A stretch of 64,000 nt of DNA, from IMG/VR virus record IMGVR_UViG_3300000228_000004, positions 32,001 through 96,000 of that record; one strand, written 5' to 3'. The notes under the pieces were generated by a model. The model had not been told where the DNA came from and ran no database searches. It worked only from the letters and a program-made list of their open reading frames with translations. This DNA is from a virus. How positions within the stretch are numbered: position 1 is the stretch's first letter; every line of letters starts with the position of its first letter. This document shows, piece after piece, positions 39,443 to 48,577 of this stretch. Position numbers and translations under genes: made by a program.

Positions 39443-40035
39443 TTAACTTAAAAGTAAATTTAAAAGTGTATGTATTTCTATGGGGGTATAATCAATCGCT
39501 TCAACTGAAACATTGTAATGATCTTCAAGTCCGACATTTTTATTATGTGTGTGCCCGTGTATTACATATTCGATATTATTTTTCTTTGCTATTTCTGAAA
39601 GAGATAATATATTTTTTACTTCTTTGGTAGATTGATATTCATTTGTTTTCAATGGGTAATGCGTAAGAAGAACATTTTCCATAATGATGTAATTATATAC
39701 TCCCGAAAACCCCAGATTTTTAATATACCAATCATCTGGTTTATGGTCGTGATTTCCCCGTATAAGGTATTTCTCACCGTTCAAATTAGAGAATATATCA
39801 ATAAGAGTTTCTTCTTTTCCCTTTATCCCTGCTGCGATGTCACCTAAGTGGAAAACTATATCATTATTAGAAACAGTGGCGTTCCAATTCTTAATGGTTA
39901 TTTCTTCAAAATTTTCTGGTCTAGAACAGTACTTAATGATGTTTTTATGTAAAAAATGAATTAAGTGTCCCCTATGAGATAAATTTTTTGTTTTATCTCT
40001 TCGGGGACATCCTCCTTATTCTGTATTGTGCTCAT
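39443..40035 (-). pseudogene. Calcineurin-like metallophosphoesterase, disrupted near 39960
   Basis: IYLIGDT* then frame change to HKNIIKYCSRP..WN..V...D.VFHLGD..RGNHD..THYP..HGHTH. Confidence 0.65.
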
Positions 40036-40053
40036 ATCATTATTTCCTTTTTA

Positions 40054-40755
40054 TTAAAGTGAGTTTATATTTTCGCGAATGAAGCTAGATTGCCATAGTG
40101 AATCAAATTCCATATTGGGGATTAAGTTCTCTTTGAACTTAATCCTTTTCTGGGCGTATGGGCTCAATTCTTTTTCTTCGATAATCGACAAAGCAAATTT
40201 ATAAAATTCGCCCTTTTCAAGTAATGTTGTATCAAAATCATAATTAGCTTTTTCCTGGGAAGTGATTAACCTTATGAATTCTTTTTCAGTTTTGGTTCTA
40301 CTCAATTTTCCCAAAAGGGAAATTCTATCAGTGAATGGCATTTTTAAAAAATTATATTTATCATCTTTCAGTATGTGGTTTTCTTCGTCTGGAGCAAGAT
40401 TTGAATTCACGGTGCGTTTAGCCAACTTAGATAATTTATCCGCTTCTTTATTCAGTTCTCTTGGATCCCAAGTTGTTTTGAAATCAATACCGCGCATATA
40501 TATATCGATAAGAGGACTTTTTTCTTTAGAAACACCCAAGTTGTCGGTAAAAAATAAAACCCCAGTGCACCCTAATCCCTTAGCATATTTCAATGCTTCA
40601 AAGTAAGCAACTCTTTCACTTTTGTCTGAATTGTTCCCAGAATAAAAATCTACAATTTTAGAAATTCTAGTTTTATTCGTCATGTCATATATACCAACAC
40701 CAACGCATTTTGTATTATGATCTATGCTTGCATCGAACGCGACTTTTATCCTCAT
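40054..40755 (-). CDS. RNase HI-like protein
   Basis: FDAS, GVGI, NN...E..A..EAL, TDN, W.PRE.NKEAD.LS. Confidence 0.75.
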   Translation of the reverse strand: MRIKVAFDASIDHNTKCVGVGIYDMTNKTRISKIVDFYSGNNSDKSERVAYFEALKYAKGLGCTGVLFFTDNLGVSKEKSPLIDIYMRGIDFKTTWDPRELNKEADKLSKLAKRTVNSNLAPDEENHILKDDKYNFLKMPFTDRISLLGKLSRTKTEKEFIRLITSQEKANYDFDTTLLEKGEFYKFALSIIEEKELSPYAQKRIKFKENLIPNMEFDSLWQSSFIRENINSL

Positions 40756-40782
40756 TTTTAAACCCTTTACTTTGATATGTAA

Positions 40783-40817
40783 TATTATACCGTAAGTTAG
40801 CTTAAAGAGAGGTTAAA
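40783..40817 (-). promoter_or_regulatory. RpoD-type promoter
   Basis: TTTAACCTCTCTTTAAGCTAACTTACGGTATAATA. Confidence 0.75.
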
Positions 40818-41313
40818 CTGCGAGGCGTGAATTGTTTAGAAGTGAAATTATTTCTTTATCGGTTTCTGTGAAACCACGAAATTCTGAGAACTGATCTATT
40901 TTAGATTGTGTTTCAAGGTCGGTTATATTTTTTTCAGGTATCTTTTCAAACCCATTTTCACAATCCCTGATAACACCTAACCTCAAAAGCTCTGCCGTCA
41001 CATATATCTCAGGACGAAGTACTATAGATATACTTGTCGTTATCCTATTCAGTGAGTCATCTTCTTTAAATTTAGCCCAAGGGGAGTCATTAAATTTTGA
41101 TAAAAACACCCAAGTTATATTTTCAAGAGAGATTGAATTACCGCCATTAAGTGCAATGTGGGTTTTATGGTTTTCAGCCCAATCATATAAAAGAGCATAT
41201 TCATCAGAGTCTTTGTTCCTATACTTCAAGAATAACTCAACAGTTGCGTGCCCTGACTGAACCCCTTGGGCAATTGTACTGAGCATACTATGCGTGAATG
41301 TGTATAACCTCAC
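40813..41313 (-). CDS. Pth2-like peptidyl-tRNA hydrolase
   Basis: LY......LS...QGVQSGHA, W...HKT.I.L.GG, F.EDD.L....TS pattern. Confidence 0.65.
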   Translation of the reverse strand: MRLYTFTHSMLSTIAQGVQSGHATVELFLKYRNKDSDEYALLYDWAENHKTHIALNGGNSISLENITWVFLSKFNDSPWAKFKEDDSLNRITTSISIVLRPEIYVTAELLRLGVIRDCENGFEKIPEKNITDLETQSKIDQFSEFRGFTETDKEIISLLNNSRLAV

Positions 41314-41750
41314 TTCTTCGCCTTAATTTTATCTTTCAATGCGCCCTTTAAACCTTCAACTATTCGTTTTTCAGATAGTTTTTCGATATTAGAAACAAAG
41401 TGTTCTTTTTCATCAGTTTTATCATACACTAGGAATTTAAGCCCAGTCTGCGTCTTTATAGTCCTGATGAATTCTCCTGGCAACATATTTTCTACAAACC
41501 CCAGCCACAGAGATAGTTTCATTTCTTGACCCATAAATAACTGGTTCACCTCAATTTCTTTGGCGTTAGTGATCCCTTCCACGAACTCACCACCAGTATT
41601 ATCTAAGTTACTCGGTTGAGACATAACCGTGATAAGGTCGTTTATTTCAACGCTGAAATTGGTCTTAATAAACTTATCAGTAACCTTTGCTAGAGTGATA
41701 CCGTCCACTCGGAACTCTTCAACCATTTTATTGAAATCCAATTTTTTCAT
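41310..41750 (-). CDS. Hypothetical protein
   Basis: ORF track. Confidence 0.55.
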   Translation of the reverse strand: MKKLDFNKMVEEFRVDGITLAKVTDKFIKTNFSVEINDLITVMSQPSNLDNTGGEFVEGITNAKEIEVNQLFMGQEMKLSLWLGFVENMLPGEFIRTIKTQTGLKFLVYDKTDEKEHFVSNIEKLSEKRIVEGLKGALKDKIKAKK

Positions 41751-42040
41751 TGTTTCCCCTTATTTTTAAAGTAGTTAGCTATGATCATGAATTCATTCAA
41801 ATCATGCCTATCACATTTTTCTCTTGTCGATTGTTTGTAATCATTGTGGAAATGTGAATGACATTCACCGCACAAAGTTATACCATTATCTATAATGAAT
41901 TTTTGTTCTGGAAAATATGTAGCATGGTTTATATGGTGCGCATGCCTGTCCTGGAGGCTGCCACAACATTGACAGGTACTGTCTCTTCTTATAACCCCTA
42001 CTCTCCAAATTCTGTATTCTTTCGTGTTTCTCCAATCCAT
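41747..42040 (-). CDS. Small HNH endonuclease
   Basis: RD..CQCCG, HAHHI, NGITLCGECH..FH. Confidence 0.85.
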   Translation of the reverse strand: MDWRNTKEYRIWRVGVIRRDSTCQCCGSLQDRHAHHINHATYFPEQKFIIDNGITLCGECHSHFHNDYKQSTREKCDRHDLNEFMIIANYFKNKGKQ

Positions 42041-42067
42041 ATTGCCATTCTCCGGTGATTATAATGT

Positions 42068-42925
42068 TTATTTTAATTTTTTATAGATATATGCTATACA
42101 TTTAGATAAACTATCAATAAACAGCACATAATAATTTTTTATTATAGTCTTAACCGTATCTAAAATGCTTGGTTTTGTTGGTTTTGATACACCTATTTCT
42201 ACCGCAGTCCAAACATCCCAAACATCTTCAGTCAACAAATCATAGTTTAAAAGAAATAATCCATTATCCCCCCAGTTGTCGCCCCACGAATTTTCAACAA
42301 TGAAACCATTTAAAGAGTCGTCCCAACCGACAATGCTCATCGCGTGTGAGCCAATACTCGGGTTTTCATTAGAAACTTTTACATATTTTTGGTCTTTTAG
42401 AGGTCCTGAAACTTTATAAAACGCGTTACCGAGTTCCATCGAAAATATAACAGCGTTCTTCCCATATACGGCATCTTTTATACTATTTATGGTTCTTAAT
42501 AATCTCTCATACCGCATAACTTTGAAATGTGATTTACTATATATTTCATCTGAAGGCTCGTTATTTACATTTTTGATTATATAGGGGTAATCTTCTTCTG
42601 AACAAATGCCGTACCTGTTAGCATATTTAAAAGCATCTCTAGTATAAGACCCTTTATCTCTACCATTTAGTTCTAAATAATCTTTCCTTAAATTAAAATA
42701 TAAGAATAACCTACTCAGATTTATTTTTTCAGCGCTCATCATTTCTAGTGACGAGCAAGCAGCATTCGCTACACAAGAACTTAGGTTATATTGGTTTTCT
42801 ATTTCCCTTATATTACTATTAATAAATTTCTCTGGGAATATGCGCGTTTCTTTCGACGGGGTATATTTAAAATCGCGTGGGTCTTCTTCATCTTTCAATA
42901 CATTCGATAACAAATTTGTTAGCAT
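42068..42925 (-). CDS. Papain-family (C1) cysteine peptidase
   Basis: NQ...SSCVANA, SRLFLY, GSHAM..VGWDD, ENSWG..WG..G. Confidence 0.88.
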   Translation of the reverse strand: MLTNLLSNVLKDEEDPRDFKYTPSKETRIFPEKFINSNIREIENQYNLSSCVANAACSSLEMMSAEKINLSRLFLYFNLRKDYLELNGRDKGSYTRDAFKYANRYGICSEEDYPYIIKNVNNEPSDEIYSKSHFKVMRYERLLRTINSIKDAVYGKNAVIFSMELGNAFYKVSGPLKDQKYVKVSNENPSIGSHAMSIVGWDDSLNGFIVENSWGDNWGDNGLFLLNYDLLTEDVWDVWTAVEIGVSKPTKPSILDTVKTIIKNYYVLFIDSLSKCIAYIYKKLK

Positions 42926-43135
42926 ATCTTAATCCTTAAATGTTGGGTTGTTCTCGTTCACCGAGATTCTAAATGTTTGGTATTTTAACTCATTTAGATT
43001 TTTTACCGTTTATTCTCGGCTCCATTAAATCTTTTTAGCTTCTCTTTATTTAAAGTTGGTGATTTATCTTCTTTTAACAAAACCACTCCTTTAATTTTAA
43101 TAAATTTTAATTATTTAACTCTTATTGTAATCAAA

Positions 43136-43451
43136 TGGTGGGCATGGCGGGTAACGATCCCGCGTCCAAGAATTTTTTCTGTTTTGAAATTAACCTTACG
43201 GTTGGCGATTGCCTACAAGTTTTTGATTTAATTTTTTACAAAAATTATAAAAATATGAAACGCATTGAAATGTTAATCTTGTTCGGTTAGTTCGTTTGGC
43301 AATGAAGTGAACTACTCTTCAAAGGATTAAGCTACTTGAACCATCCCTGTATAATTTATATTGTTTTCATCTATTTTTGTTTTGAGGTTTAACTTCTCCA
43401 AGTACTTGTTTCTACACATAATAAAACTCCTGTCGATACCATTTCACGCCC
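43136..43451 (-). ncRNA. ssrA: tmRNA; tag ORF 43327-43368 encodes ENNINYTGMVQVA*
   Basis: 5' GGGCGTGAAATGGTATCGAC; 3' GGACGCGGGATCGTTACCCGCCATGCCCACCA; resume context AATAGAT-GAA. Confidence 0.9.
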
Positions 43452-43454
43452 ATA

Positions 43455-43890
43455 TCGTATAAATATCTAGACCAGCATCGTTGAGAGGCAATCCCTACTT
43501 AACTTCGGGTGATATCTAGACCTATTGAGTTATACTCAGTAAAGGTTATTTTTCTGAGTGGGAGAAGTTTAACTCCCGATGTGAATTTTTATTACCGAGG
43601 TTCAATTCCTCTAGTGACTTTTTATTCCCAACTGATCTACATTCGAAAGTTTTTAACCTTTCTCATTTAAGACCCAGAGAGGACTTCGGTTCATCTTAGG
43701 TTTTGTCTGATTTAATTTTTTATTGTGGCAGTTCACCCTTTCGGACCTAATACCCGTTCTGCCAATTCCCCTTGTTTCATCAGATAGGACTTCTGCGGTT
43801 CCTCGATCTTTTATTTTGATTGGCGTCTAAGTTTCCAACTTTTTACTGAGCTAACAAACGACACATTAACAGCGGTTCTGAAGCGTGAAA
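43455..43890 (-). ncRNA. Candidate large structured ncRNA upstream of tmRNA
   Basis: No ORF, GC-enriched hairpins (GGCAG/CTGCC with an inner GAAA loop, GGGAG/CTCCC, ACTCAG/CTGAGT), promoter at 43903-43935. Confidence 0.5.
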
Positions 43891-43948
43891 ATATATAATT
43901 TTTATTGTACCAGTTTAATATTAAAATTAACTTAATCGACTTGGGTTT

Positions 43949-44533
43949 TTATAATCTCATGAAAATTACTACATTTTCATTATCTGGTTCTACTTCACCT
44001 TGGTCATTGACAAAATAAGAAACCCCATTTCTTATAGAATACGCTTCCCCGTCTTCACCAGAGTTCATATTAGAATCAACTTTAAACCCATTTCTTGAAT
44101 AAAGTGTGAAAAGAGGTCCGCTTATTTTACCGTTCTTGTCTTGTTGAGCAAAACAATCTAATCTCTTTGCGCCATGTAACTTCGCATTTTGTACGATAGC
44201 ATCCCCACTTGAACCTTGTGAGCTGAAAACTGAAACAAGTTCATCCTTATGTGCTATCGCATATCCACTTGAATTATTTGTGCCGACATAACACAACATA
44301 TTCTCATATTCTTTGGGTGAATATACTGATAAAGTTTCAAGTCCTCTTGGGATCTTCCTAGAAATATCATTTTGTTTGATTTTCGATACGATCTTTCCAA
44401 ATACCCTTCCACTAACTTGAGTGAATACTGAATCATCTCCCTTCGGTAGTTTCTGACCCTTTTCTAGTTCGACCCCGTGCATCCTTCCCAAATCCCTAAA
44501 AACTTCATCAACCACATCTTTAAATATCCCCAT
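43949..44533 (-). CDS. Hypothetical protein, possible GNAT-like fold
   Basis: LVSVFS..G.G......A...GA..LDCF.....L..LY...GF pattern. Confidence 0.5.
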   Translation of the reverse strand: MGIFKDVVDEVFRDLGRMHGVELEKGQKLPKGDDSVFTQVSGRVFGKIVSKIKQNDISRKIPRGLETLSVYSPKEYENMLCYVGTNNSSGYAIAHKDELVSVFSSQGSSGDAIVQNAKLHGAKRLDCFAQQDKNGKISGPLFTLYSRNGFKVDSNMNSGEDGEAYSIRNGVSYFVNDQGEVEPDNENVVIFMRL

Positions 44534-45248
44534 AATAGCCCCTCTCGTATTTATCTATAACGCATAAAACCAACTGTATTAGACTATTTACTTTTAAGAA
44601 ATTATCATTATCCTTTTCCCTTGAGTTCCCTCGGTTTTTTAGATATGTTCTTTTATTGAGCTCTATCATTATACTCTTGACCCTTTTGTCACCAGAAAAC
44701 TCTTCTGGTAAAATTGAGCCAGAATAAGGTTCATTAACGCCGACTGAGTAACCATTTGAAATAATCAACTCACTTATTTCAGAAACGAGTTCTTTCGGTG
44801 TATTGTACTCAGTAACCCCTATACAAAAATCTATGGGGGACTCTTCAGAATAAAAACTATGGCAATCTACTATACAAACAACGTCGAAATAACACAATGA
44901 CATGTGTATAGAAGAAAGTAGTGATTGATGGTGTGGAATATAAATATCCGAAATTATTCTTGACTTCGTAGCTAAGAATTCACTCACTTTATCATCTCTT
45001 ACAGTGTTTCCAAATATATCTTGGGTATAGACTATCCCCATACCCTTTTTATACATATCCTCTTTTTCATCATAGTATCTTTCGACATCACAATAAAACC
45101 TTGAAAATTCGAATTGATGTCTCGTTGAATGCTCATGGGTAAAAAGTTCATCAGTGTACCAGTCAGTTTGAATAGTCATCGCTAGTTCATCAACTAATAA
45201 TTTCGTGTCAGGGATTGTGTGGGATGAATGTGGTATATGCAAAATCAT
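44520..45248 (-). CDS. N-formylglutamate amidohydrolase-family protein
   Basis: HIPHSS, TDWYTDELF, SRFYCDVER, DCHSF, N.PYSG, SIMIELNK. Confidence 0.85.
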   Translation of the reverse strand: MILHIPHSSHTIPDTKLLVDELAMTIQTDWYTDELFTHEHSTRHQFEFSRFYCDVERYYDEKEDMYKKGMGIVYTQDIFGNTVRDDKVSEFLATKSRIISDIYIPHHQSLLSSIHMSLCYFDVVCIVDCHSFYSEESPIDFCIGVTEYNTPKELVSEISELIISNGYSVGVNEPYSGSILPEEFSGDKRVKSIMIELNKRTYLKNRGNSREKDNDNFLKVNSLIQLVLCVIDKYERGYYGDI

Positions 45249-45290
45249 ATTATACCTTTCAATTTTATATTTCGGTATTTGAAAACTTAT

Positions 45291-45314
45291 CTGAGTACTC
45301 CGAAGAGTACTCAG
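45291..45314 (-). terminator. Hairpin with a UUCG loop after the beta-barrel gene
   Basis: CTGAGTACTC-TTCG-GAGTACTCAG, followed after 5 nt by TTTT. Confidence 0.65.
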
Positions 45315-45320
45315 TAAATC

Positions 45321-45881
45321 TTAAAACTTATAGTTCAAACCAAGCGTAACCGTATCGGCTTGAAATTCATCATTTCTAGTATAGTCAACGAATACTTCAG
45401 TACCGAAAGCGAACGGAGTACTTACACCAGCGCCATAAACAAGACCAGCATTATCACCAAAATCTACATTATCAGTCATAACATCACCGTAACCAACTAG
45501 ACCATAAACAGATGCGCCATCTAGATCATATGCAGGTTTTACGAAACCTGTTAATGTAGCAACGTCACCAAAATCATTAGCATCAGTCGAATACCTAACT
45601 TCAAGTGCAGTACTAAATCTCTCATTTCTGTATGCTACCCATCCAGCTTGCACCCCAATTGTAGTTCTATCAAACCATTTAATGTTATCAAACTCTGTAC
45701 CAGACGCTAGTGCTGTGTTAAGACCGATATAAAAGTCTTGTTCCTGTACAACCACTTCTGATACCTGAATTGTTTCAACTGGCGCGATGTCTCCACCAGC
45801 TACTGCGTTTCCCGTGAATAAAACAAAAACAGCACCAATTGCTACCAACATTCTTTTAACTTGTGTCATAATGACCCCCAT
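45321..45881 (-). CDS. Outer-membrane beta-barrel protein (8-strand OmpA-like/porin)
   Basis: Signal peptide, AGGDIAPVE, amphipathic strands, C-terminal LGLNYKF. Confidence 0.85.
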   Translation of the reverse strand: MGVIMTQVKRMLVAIGAVFVLFTGNAVAGGDIAPVETIQVSEVVVQEQDFYIGLNTALASGTEFDNIKWFDRTTIGVQAGWVAYRNERFSTALEVRYSTDANDFGDVATLTGFVKPAYDLDGASVYGLVGYGDVMTDNVDFGDNAGLVYGAGVSTPFAFGTEVFVDYTRNDEFQADTVTLGLNYKF

Positions 45882-46061
45882 TTTTATATTTTTTTACGGG
45901 AAACCCAACCTTCCGAGGAGAGGAACTCTATTCATTAATACATTAATATAAAGTATATGAAGTTATAACTTCATTTACTTAAAATAAACTTAATGACTCG
46001 TAACCTTACTTTCTTAAAATAAAAAACTTAACTCACCGCGTGGGTTACACCACTTATGGCT

Positions 46062-46319
46062 CTATATTACGGGAAGTAGTGTTAATTTTCTTGTTTTAAA
46101 CGGTAACTTTCTAGTAAGTACCTTCACTTTCTCTTTCGCCATTGATAAAGAAACTCCTACTCTTCCGGACATATCGAGGTCTTCAGGGTAAATACTGTGC
46201 GCTTCACCCGTAACTTGGACACCATTTTTTAAAGTTAGTACGCAAATAGTTAATGTATCACCGACGCTGAAATATTTTTCTGATATAATCACTTGCTCAA
46301 CCATTTCATTAGTCACCAT
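46062..46319 (-). CDS. Small phage protein (Gp49-family-like LTICVLTLKNG..VTG)
   Basis: Motif recognition only. Confidence 0.5.
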   Translation of the reverse strand: MVTNEMVEQVIISEKYFSVGDTLTICVLTLKNGVQVTGEAHSIYPEDLDMSGRVGVSLSMAKEKVKVLTRKLPFKTRKLTLLPVI

Positions 46320-46323
46320 GGTA

Positions 46324-47820
46324 TCACTCCCCTAAAGAAATAGCTTCTATTTCTTTTATAAGTGCATTTTTATCTTCCCATATTTTAGGGATTACTGATA
46401 ACATATTTTCTGAAAACCCAGCAACTTCTAAAACATCATGAGAAAGCTTCATTGGGGTCGCGCCACCATACCCCTGAAGGTTCCAAAATAGGAATTTTGT
46501 GTTCGGGCTTAATTTTTTGTAATCAGTAACCATATCTCTAAAAGGTTTTCCGTGCCCGACTTGATTTTCTTGCATATCGGTGAATATCACAATCTTATCA
46601 ACTTTGGTTTTTGTTTTTATCAAATCAGTCATAGCCCCACCAAGGTCTGTACCGCCACCTTTGGTAATAGTCATTCTGATGAACTCCATAGGTGAACCAT
46701 CTATTGAAATTTGTCTCGAATTGTCCGCCCAAAGATAAGCCAATGTTTTCTCTTTATCTAACCCACATAACATAGAAGCCATTAAAGTTTTACCAATCAT
46801 AAACGGTGAAACTTTTTTGTATTCACATCCCATTGAACCAGATTCATCTAATAGGATGGCTACAGATTCACCTTCTTCGACAATTGGTATATTTTTTGAA
46901 GAGTATATGAACCCTTGTTCTATAGCCTTCAAAAGTTTTTTATGTCTAAACATATCAATAGAATTTATGATTCTAACCTCATTATATGCGTACACGAATC
47001 TAAAAGGGAGTAATTTAGAATTTAACACGGCTTTTTCAGATGACAATAATTCACATAACATACCGAATGCTTCATCATCTATACCAGATTCAACCATATT
47101 CTTGATGTTCTTCAATGCAGCCATATACCCCAATTTTCTTTCTGAAAGCATTGACTTGTAGAGAATAGCTCTTTCTTCACCAGTTGAACTAGCATTAACA
47201 GTTTGCGCAGTATTGATATTAGGGAGTTTGTTCTCTAACGCCATTTTAAACATCAATCGTTGTTCATCGTCTTTAGGTGTTGGGTGGGATATATTCACTA
47301 AATTGGAAACTTTCACAGAACCATTACCAAAATACTTTTTCAGCTGATACGAGCCCCACTTTGTTTCCAAGGAAATCTTCACTGCTTTTCTTAGAGAGTT
47401 CGGGATCATCATATCTGGGTTTCTTGAATTCCATAACGCGACCATCTCAATCGCGTCATCTGGTCTAAGCATCGTTTTGTCTAACGCGTGCTTCATAAAT
47501 GTTTCGCCTTTTACATTTTCCGCTAAAATGGTTCCAATAAAATGAGAAATAGAACGCAAATTACCAACTGTTCTAGCATAAACCATAGATTTGGCTAGAA
47601 ATTCTGCGTGTTCTGGGTTATTAGTGATATACCCTTCAATTTTATCTAATCTTTCTTTTTCAGTTTCGTAAAACGAATCAGTTCCATTTAACATAGAATT
47701 GAGTATCACGGAAACAACTTCACCTTTGAAATTATCCCTAGAGAATCCTGACATACCTGAATAATTCACATCATCACGGTTTTTTGGGTTTGTTTTGATT
47801 TTTAAATTGAATTTTGACAT
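46324..47820 (-). CDS. rsr: Ro60/Rsr TROVE-domain RNA-binding protein with vWA domain
   Basis: FYE, LAK...YAR..GNLRS, RPDD, YQLKKY, SHPTP, GYMAALKN, S..LPFRF..AY, LDESGSM, GGTD, FTDMQ. Confidence 0.92.
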   Translation of the reverse strand: MSKFNLKIKTNPKNRDDVNYSGMSGFSRDNFKGEVVSVILNSMLNGTDSFYETEKERLDKIEGYITNNPEHAEFLAKSMVYARTVGNLRSISHFIGTILAENVKGETFMKHALDKTMLRPDDAIEMVALWNSRNPDMMIPNSLRKAVKISLETKWGSYQLKKYFGNGSVKVSNLVNISHPTPKDDEQRLMFKMALENKLPNINTAQTVNASSTGEERAILYKSMLSERKLGYMAALKNIKNMVESGIDDEAFGMLCELLSSEKAVLNSKLLPFRFVYAYNEVRIINSIDMFRHKKLLKAIEQGFIYSSKNIPIVEEGESVAILLDESGSMGCEYKKVSPFMIGKTLMASMLCGLDKEKTLAYLWADNSRQISIDGSPMEFIRMTITKGGGTDLGGAMTDLIKTKTKVDKIVIFTDMQENQVGHGKPFRDMVTDYKKLSPNTKFLFWNLQGYGGATPMKLSHDVLEVAGFSENMLSVIPKIWEDKNALIKEIEAISLGE

Positions 47821-47881
47821 TATTTTACCTTAGTTCTAATTGAGTATTAGACGATTGAAATCGCACCGCATTGTCGGACGA

Positions 47882-48062
47882 ATGAGTTTTTTAATTATTG
47901 TTAATATGGATGAAATTGAAAAAGAGTATTTTTTGCGTCCTACCATTAGACGACCTCACTTCTCGAAGATAGCGAGGGAAGGATTCGAACCAACATTTCA
48001 TGCTCCCAATGCGATGTAATCTTTCCCTGTAATCCCATATTAACAATAATTAAAAAACTCAT
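47882..48062 (-). ncRNA. Y RNA (YrlA-like) with a circularly permuted tRNA-like domain
   Basis: 28-bp perfect closing stem, GATTACAG..AGATTACATC motif, T-loop GGTTCGAATCC, loop-closed acceptor CCTCGCT/AGTGAGG, D-arm GTCTAATGGTAGGAC; adjacent to rsr. Confidence 0.85.
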
Positions 48063-48182
48063 CTTTAAATAGATGAAATCGACTAAGAAGGTTAGAGCGG
48101 TGGTCAACACGGTGAATATAACTCTTATTATTTTCAAGTAATGATGTATTCTTAGTCTGTAATTCTATTTAAAGATGAGTTT
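48055..48182 (-). ncRNA. Y-RNA-like module 2
   Basis: 19-bp closing stem; AATTACAGACTAAGAATACATC ... TCTTAGTCGATTTCATC. Confidence 0.75.
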
Positions 48183-48184
48183 GG

Positions 48185-48426
48185 TATCAAAAGTTGAGAT
48201 GAAAGCATTAAAGAGTTGACTCCTGGAAGCCTTTTAACCGAGTGAATTACCAATTCGGCGATTCTCTTTTACCCAAGAGAACAGGGGTATCTACCCATTT
48301 ATCCGCCAATCTGTCCGCTTCAACCTATTTCAAATGAAGAGCGATTTAGCAACGCTAACAGATACAGCCCAACGCGTTTCTCTTAATTAATGATGTAATC
48401 TTTAACTGTAATTCTCACTTTTGATA
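48185..48426 (-). ncRNA. Y-RNA-like module 3 with a large multibranched insert
   Basis: Closing stem; AATTACAGTTAAAGATTACATC ... TCTTTAATGCTTTCATC; several internal hairpins. Confidence 0.75.
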
Positions 48427-48442
48427 TTTAAAGAACATAGAG

Positions 48443-48540
48443 CATATGCTCAAAAAAGAAAGATAAAATCGACAGAGAGCAGTTTAATTCAATATTGTGA
48501 TGTAATCTCTGGCTGTAATTCTTTCTTTTTTGAACTTATG
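48443..48540 (-). ncRNA. Minimal Y-RNA-like module 4
   Basis: AATTACAGCCAGAGATTACATC ... TCTCTGTCGATTTTATC with a closing stem; first after the promoter. Confidence 0.75.
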
Positions 48541-48545
48541 TAATA

Positions 48546-48577
48546 ATTATATAGTTTTAAACTTAAAATTAACTTAA
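48546..48577 (-). promoter_or_regulatory. Promoter of the Y RNA-rsr operon
   Basis: TTAAG..TTTAAG..TATAAT immediately 5' of module 4. Confidence 0.7.

Noticed and set aside
43455-43890. RNase P RNA or hammerhead ribozyme
   Set aside because: There is no contiguous GAGGAAAGTCC or 3' P4 partner, and CTGATGA is not followed by a stem II-GAAA core.
47882-48540. CRISPR array reading of the four repeated motifs
   Set aside because: The repeats are short and bipartite with covarying stems and very unequal spacing. Adjacency to Ro60 and the tRNA-like domain fit Y RNAs. No cas genes are in the window.
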